Positions 14,750 through 20,219 of a DNA stretch of 20,219 nt are shown here, piece after piece; the stretch's first letter is position 1, and every line of letters begins with the position of its first letter. Both the position numbers and the translations under genes were made by a program. Location: positions 1-20,219 of the forward strand of contig JBBRUX010000059.1 of the NCBI GenBank assembly GCA_038247415.1, given 5' to 3'. Source of the stretch: Chitinivibrionales bacterium. Its GTDB lineage: Bacteria; Fibrobacterota; Chitinivibrionia; Chitinivibrionales; WJKA01. Below the pieces are notes generated by a model. It was not told the DNA's origin and ran no database searches. It saw only the letters and a program-made list of their open reading frames with translations.

Positions 14750-17700
14750 ATGAATCGTTTACAGGGCATGAACAAAATCAGCTGCACAATCATTGTGCTG
14801 GGCATACTTGTTTCAAATGCATTCGCTAGCAATACTACCTGGACAGGAATAGGTACCGATAGTTCATGGATGACGGCTTCCAACTGGAGCGCTGGTATCC
14901 CCTCTAGTACTGACAGCGTAACCTTTGATGGCGCGGGCGGTATTTCCTCGCAAAAACCATGCAAATTAAACGTTGATACTACCATTACTTCATTACGAGT
15001 GTATGCAGGATATACTGGAATTATTGACTTATCAAACAATACTTTGAGCATTAAACAAGATGTCAATTTTAATGGGGGTGGAATTTTAAATACCGGTACT
15101 CTGGAATTTATAGGCACAAATGGTTCAATGCAATTGCTAAGCTGTTCGATTGGCGATACGCTGCCTAAAATTGTTCATAGCGGTTATGGCACACTTAGGC
15201 TTGTAAACAGCATTAAGACAATGCAATATGATCAGACGCATGGAACGCTTGATATGTTTAGCAAAAGTCTTACCGTGTTAGGCACACTTTCAATTTCAAA
15301 AACAGATTCCTTTGGGCAGGGAATAATAGGGCTTTCTTATGATACTCTGAGGGTTTTGGGAAATGCTACTCTTAGTGGAACCGACTCGACCATGATCCCT
15401 CTTATTGGAATAAATTTGTTGCGATTTGAAAATGGAGGAACAATAAATGTCTCATGGGCGGTGATTAAAAACTCTGGTGTTGCAAATAGCACGGGTATTG
15501 CAACAAACAGCTATGATTCGACAGGCAATACAAACTGGAGTATTACAAGGCCAGCTAAATTATGGCGCGCAAGCACTGCAAGCTATAAAAACCCCTCAAA
15601 CTGGCTCCCCGCTGGCGTACCCACGGCACAGGACAGCATCATTTTTGATAGTGGATCAAATTTAAAATGTAATATGGATACCTCAGTCCAGGTTAAAGAT
15701 ATCATATTTAAATCTGGATATTCAGGCTCATTTGATTTTGCATCTAACCAATTGACAGTTCGCAGAAATGCCGATTTTAGAAGTAGCGGATTATTTACAA
15801 AGAATTCCGGCGCGTCTTTGTTCTTTTATAGTCCAACAAGCTGCAAAAGAAGCTTTTTTCCAAAGCCTTCGTTTACTTTCCCCAAAATAACAGCACATTC
15901 AAGTGGTGGCCCAGGAGATACACTTTTGATAATGGGGAATTTATATGCAGATGGTTTGAATCAGACCTATGGAACCATCGACTGGGGAAATGGTTTTAAT
16001 CATGCAGTAGGTATTCTAAAGGCCGATATGTCAGGCGAAATGAATTTCCGTACCAGCACCGTAACGGTAACGGGCGATACCGCCTTTTTTAGCACAATGA
16101 CAAACGTAACATTTGCTGCGGGAGCCAAGCTCAAGATTGCATCCGACAGCGCAAATGCGATTCAGTGGCTTGCAGGTACCTGGAATACTCTCCCGCCGGT
16201 TGAGCATCTGGGACCCGGGTTGCTCAAGATTTATTACGATTCTTTGAAATGCGCTTCGTTTACACAAGATAGTGGTAAGCTTGATTTGAGTATGGGAAGC
16301 ATAATAACAACAACGGGAAATTTCTCTCTTACCAATGGGTCAAAGTATTCGCTACAAGGATTAGGATTTAAGAAAATAGCTTCAGCTGGAAATATTTTAA
16401 TCGAAGCACGGCCAAGCGACACGCTGGAACTTACGCCAGCAAATACTTTTACACTTTCGGTTGGTGGGGCTCAGACCATTACCATTCGCAATGCAAAAGT
16501 CGGAAAGACCACATTCCTCTCATCCACTACTGCGCAGCTTCAAAACTGCTATGATATGAGTGGTAATACCGGTTTGTATGCATTCTTGAATGCGAAGAAA
16601 TGGTTAGGAACCTCTGGCACAGCATGGTCAACTCCTGCAAACTGGGCGCCTGCTGGCATTCCTATTGCTTCTGATTCTGTGGTATTTAAAGCTTCAAGCA
16701 ATAACTGCGTTTTGGATACTACTTCATGGCTGGCGTCAATTGTCTTTGATTCGACATATCAGGGAAGTTTTGACTTTTCCACTAACTCAATGACCATATA
16801 TGGTAGTACCAGCTCAATGCTTTCTGCTGATTTTCGCAGTGGCGGTGATATCATCCCAGGATCAGGCGTACTGATACTTAATCCGCTAACAACTCCTGTA
16901 AAGATGAATTTTTGGCCCCCGCGAATAATGGACACCTTGCCCCCCATCCAGAAAACAGGCATGGGTGTTGTGCAGCTTGCAGGAGGGGATGTGTATACGC
17001 CTTCTTTTAAGATTAATTCTTCTGGCGCATTAGATTCAATGCACTTTGGCTATGGAAGTTCTCATATCACGGTAGATTCCTTTGTGGTGAGTTCGGGGAA
17101 TGTGCACTGTGGCAATTCGATGCTTAAAGTAAAGGGACCTCTGGTTGACTTTTCGGGTGCAACATCGGTGGTTCCTTATAATGCAACTATCGATTTTATG
17201 GGAACCGGAACAACAATTCTCCGCTCTAAAGCCGGGCTTGCCATACCGAATGTATATCATACCGGTTCGGGCATAATTAGCTTAGCGGGAGCTCCGCTTC
17301 GTATTGCAGGAAGCTTTTCTCAAACAAATGGGACATTGGATTTGGAAGGGTTTAATATCGACAGCATTGCCGGAAATTTTAGCCTTTCGCCAAATACTGA
17401 CATAACAAATATTGACGGAAAAAAAATTAGAGTATTTGGAAATGCAAGCCTAAATGGAACAAGTGGCAACCTTATTCAGGTTAAAGCACATGCCGCGCCC
17501 TGTACACTTGCTGTTTCGGGTACTCTAAATGCGTCGTATGCAGTCCTTAAAAACATTACAGCAACACAGTCTCTTGGTGTAGCAGATGTCATGAGTGCAG
17601 ATTCGGGTGGAAACATCGGATGGACCTTTACCGATAATACTCCTCCGACTTTAGCCCCTCCTCTTTTTACTTTTCCAGCAGGGGGAGAGGTCTTTACAAA

Positions 17701-20219
17701 CAGCACTATCACTATTACGTGGCTACCCGGTAAAGTTACCGATAATCGTCTGTTGCGTCAATTACCTATCACGCTGAGATATTCACTCAACGGCGGAATA
17801 AATTTCGATAGCAGTATTGCAACGGGAATTGCAAATTCAGGAAGTGCCATCTGGAATATTCCAAACTCAGTAAATTCTAAGAGAGTGCGCCTTCAAATGA
17901 TTGCTTCAGACTCGGCTGGAAATGCAAGCTCTCTTACGTCTCCCGGCGATTTTATAATTGATAATATGCCGACTGTGGTAACGTCGCAGACTCTTACGGT
18001 TCCCAATGGTGGGGAAGTATGGTCGGCAAGTGCCAATCGACAGATTTCTTGGAATACAATACAGGTGTCTGATTCGCTTTTAAAGGTCAATCCAGTATCG
18101 CTTGATTATTCTATTAATAATGGGGCAACTTTTACTTCCATTGTTCCTATGCTTGCAAATACAGGTAGCTTTATGTGGAATATTCCGTATATTCATGCAA
18201 GTGCCTGTAAAGTTCGCATAGGATTTACCGATAGTACGGGGCATACTTCATACGATACTTCAAATGCGTCATTTGCAATTGATTCAACCAAACCCCAACC
18301 TCAAAGTTTTGTAATTCTCGATTCAAATGGTTATTCCAATCGGGTTCCTTTATCATTTACCGTTTCTGCAACCAATGCAGATAGCATGACATTTGGCACA
18401 GATACGATCGCCTTTGGCCCATGGCGACCCTATACAACACGCGATAGTTTGGGCGTAGCAATGGGGGATGGCACCAAGTATCTTGTTGTGCGTTTCAAAA
18501 ACAAGGCAGGCATCGTTTCTGGGTGGTTACAAGACTCAACCAAGCTCGATGTCACACGCCCTCTTGTTAGCATTTCTTTTTCTGGATATCATAATGCAGC
18601 CTCATATCCTGGATCTATTGCAGGAAGCGCCTCTGATGTTGGAACGAGTGTTGATACAGTGCTTGTTGCAATTAAATCGATGCTCTCTAATACCTATTGG
18701 GATGGCGCTGCATTTCAATCGCAAACCCCTATGATGTTTCGTGCTTTAGGAACAACGCAGTGGAGTTACCCGTTTGCAGTTGCAAACCTCTCCAATGCAA
18801 CGTATGCGATTGAAGCATTGTCGATAGATGTTGCCGGAAATAAAAGTATGATCGTACATCAGTCTTTTACATTCGCTTCCACGAGACCTAAACTCTTGAA
18901 CGGACTTACTGCCCGGGCGTTGGGTTGTTCAAGCGCTGTTATCACATGGTCATTTATTAGTAGTGGTTCAACCGATTCGGTACTGTTACGCGCTTCGGTA
19001 GCTGGGCCTGTTACGATACTGCAGGGCGGCGAATTTGCCCATATGGTTCCTCTGTCGAACATTCAAGATACCCTTAAGGGGCTTCCACACTATGGAGCCC
19101 TGTTGTATGTAACCGCTTTTTCCAAAGATTCATATGGCAATTATTCTGTGTATGATCCTGCAGCTACTGCAACATGTCAATTAATGAATTGTGTTACGCC
19201 AACTAATCCTATCACGATTAATCTTGCAAGCATTGGAGATACCGCGCTTTCAATGGCTATCTCAAATACAGCGAGCATCAAACCGGGGATGCACTTGGAA
19301 TACGGGTATAACTTTAGCATTACGCCAACCGAAACACATATGCAACAATGGCTGCCTTTAAAAGATACTACCGTTATCATTCCTAAAACGACCTCTCCAG
19401 GGATCTGGTATGTTGGGGTTAAAGTAGCCGATTCTCTTGGAAGATTCTCTTCTCCAGTATTTCAATCTATTTCGCTCAAAAATATCTTGCCTGTATTTAC
19501 AAAAAGGATGTACGATACAACCCTTGCGCAAGATCAGTACTGGGCCGATACCATGAAAGCTACCGACGTAAATGGTGATCCTCTCATGTTTGCATCCAAG
19601 AGTGTGCCAGTGGGATGCATAATTACAAGAAATGGCGTCCTAACATGGAAACCACTGCGTAGCAATGTTGGCACTGTTACCATTATCGCAGTATGTACCG
19701 ACTCTCATGGGGGTGCAACCTACGATACTGCTAAAATTGTTGTGAAGCGCGTTGACTACCCGCCTAAAACTGCAATTGTCAGCAAAAATGTTATGTATGG
19801 AGCTGCTCGCTATTTTGTAACCGGAACTCCAGATAATGGTGGAACCTGCTCGTTTAGAACTGTGCTTGTTGCCTTAGGAACTGGAGTCACACTGGATTCA
19901 TCGATTCGCACCCGCGATTCTGTTGTGTATTATCCTCTTACAAATGGCAAATATCTCTTTGCTGTTGCTGCTATCGATAATAGCAATAGGATCGACCCTA
20001 ATCCTAAACTCGATACATTTACTGTTGCGAATTCGACAATGCACGCATTTACCGATACAATTGGGTGGCACATGATAGGCATTCCATCGTCGCCACAAAA
20101 CGCAGACACCATAAAATCGGGAGGGTATCTCTCTACCTGGAATGAGTCGAATCCAGAGAGAAATGTGTATGGATATTACACACCAAGCAACGAAGTGCAA
20201 ATGGTAAACCCAGGGAGAG
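14750..20219 (+). CDS. Very large secreted surface/adhesin-like protein (>1820 aa, truncated by the window end): three beta-rich repeats, Ig/Big-like domains, cadherin-like domain
   Basis: GGAGG RBS 5 nt before the ATG at 14750; signal peptide MNRLQGMNKISCTIIVLGILVSNAFA. The frame reads open to the last base (...NEVQMVNPGR), which explains its absence from the ORF track. Ser/Thr/Gly/Asn-rich. Confidence 0.93.
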   Translation, partial: MNRLQGMNKISCTIIVLGILVSNAFASNTTWTGIGTDSSWMTASNWSAGIPSSTDSVTFDGAGGISSQKPCKLNVDTTITSLRVYAGYTGIIDLSNNTLSIKQDVNFNGGGILNTGTLEFIGTNGSMQLLSCSIGDTLPKIVHSGYGTLRLVNSIKTMQYDQTHGTLDMFSKSLTVLGTLSISKTDSFGQGIIGLSYDTLRVLGNATLSGTDSTMIPLIGINLLRFENGGTINVSWAVIKNSGVANSTGIATNSYDSTGNTNWSITRPAKLWRASTASYKNPSNWLPAGVPTAQDSIIFDSGSNLKCNMDTSVQVKDIIFKSGYSGSFDFASNQLTVRRNADFRSSGLFTKNSGASLFFYSPTSCKRSFFPKPSFTFPKITAHSSGGPGDTLLIMGNLYADGLNQTYGTIDWGNGFNHAVGILKADMSGEMNFRTSTVTVTGDTAFFSTMTNVTFAAGAKLKIASDSANAIQWLAGTWNTLPPVEHLGPGLLKIYYDSLKCASFTQDSGKLDLSMGSIITTTGNFSLTNGSKYSLQGLGFKKIASAGNILIEARPSDTLELTPANTFTLSVGGAQTITIRNAKVGKTTFLSSTTAQLQNCYDMSGNTGLYAFLNAKKWLGTSGTAWSTPANWAPAGIPIASDSVVFKASSNNCVLDTTSWLASIVFDSTYQGSFDFSTNSMTIYGSTSSMLSADFRSGGDIIPGSGVLILNPLTTPVKMNFWPPRIMDTLPPIQKTGMGVVQLAGGDVYTPSFKINSSGALDSMHFGYGSSHITVDSFVVSSGNVHCGNSMLKVKGPLVDFSGATSVVPYNATIDFMGTGTTILRSKAGLAIPNVYHTGSGIISLAGAPLRIAGSFSQTNGTLDLEGFNIDSIAGNFSLSPNTDITNIDGKKIRVFGNASLNGTSGNLIQVKAHAAPCTLAVSGTLNASYAVLKNITATQSLGVADVMSADSGGNIGWTFTDNTPPTLAPPLFTFPAGGEVFTNSTITITWLPGKVTDNRLLRQLPITLRYSLNGGINFDSSIATGIANSGSAIWNIPNSVNSKRVRLQMIASDSAGNASSLTSPGDFIIDNMPTVVTSQTLTVPNGGEVWSASANRQISWNTIQVSDSLLKVNPVSLDYSINNGATFTSIVPMLANTGSFMWNIPYIHASACKVRIGFTDSTGHTSYDTSNASFAIDSTKPQPQSFVILDSNGYSNRVPLSFTVSATNADSMTFGTDTIAFGPWRPYTTRDSLGVAMGDGTKYLVVRFKNKAGIVSGWLQDSTKLDVTRPLVSISFSGYHNAASYPGSIAGSASDVGTSVDTVLVAIKSMLSNTYWDGAAFQSQTPMMFRALGTTQWSYPFAVANLSNATYAIEALSIDVAGNKSMIVHQSFTFASTRPKLLNGLTARALGCSSAVITWSFISSGSTDSVLLRASVAGPVTILQGGEFAHMVPLSNIQDTLKGLPHYGALLYVTAFSKDSYGNYSVYDPAATATCQLMNCVTPTNPITINLASIGDTALSMAISNTASIKPGMHLEYGYNFSITPTETHMQQWLPLKDTTVIIPKTTSPGIWYVGVKVADSLGRFSSPVFQSISLKNILPVFTKRMYDTTLAQDQYWADTMKATDVNGDPLMFASKSVPVGCIITRNGVLTWKPLRSNVGTVTIIAVCTDSHGGATYDTAKIVVKRVDYPPKTAIVSKNVMYGAARYFVTGTPDNGGTCSFRTVLVALGTGVTLDSSIRTRDSVVYYPLTNGKYLFAVAAIDNSNRIDPNPKLDTFTVANSTMHAFTDTIGWHMIGIPSSPQNADTIKSGGYLSTWNESNPERNVYGYYTPSNEVQMVNPGR
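14840..17630 (+). repeat. Three diverged protein-level repeats (about 240, 345 and 345 aa) in the giant ORF
   Basis: Units start at 14840 (WTGIGTDSSWMTASNWSAGIPSSTDSVTFD), 15563 (WRASTASYKNPSNWLPAGVPTAQDSIIFD) and 16601 (WLGTSGTAWSTPANWAPAGIPIASDSVVFK). They end SYDSTGNTNW, CYDMSGNTGL and SADSGGNIGW. Confidence 0.85.

Noticed and set aside
14611..20200. Numerous short ORFs on the minus strand and alternative frames listed in the track
   Set aside because: All overlap the single long + strand ORF starting at 14750 and lack independent coding features.

Overview
A bacterial chromosomal segment of moderate GC, made mostly of housekeeping and signalling genes. The gene styles suggest the FCB group, possibly Fibrobacterota, but this is inference only. 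From left to right: a perfect 14-bp tandem repeat running into the mazG stop codon; a yciO-like/mazG operon; a STAS anti-anti-sigma protein; dapL; an operon of RhaK-like FGGY kinase, periplasmic cyclophilin and DUF362-ferredoxin; a bidirectional terminator; xseB-ispA followed by a Tat-exported Fe/Mn SOD with atypical active-site residues; a 4-Cys hypothetical protein; an LMW phosphatase; a Gp49/HigB-HigA-like toxin-antitoxin pair whose toxin looks internally deleted; an operon of membrane STAS-like protein, tsaD, a 53-aa membrane peptide and a FolM-like SDR; and a divergent REC + RsbW-like ATPase gene. The last 5.5 kb is one open reading frame missing from the ORF track (14750 to beyond the window, >1800 aa). 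It encodes a secreted repeat/Ig-like/cadherin-like surface protein behind a perfect CRP-family box at class II (-41.5) spacing. The best candidates for something undescribed are this CRP-type-controlled giant surface protein and the adjacent unusual partner-switching module. All calls come from motif recognition by eye; no searches were run.
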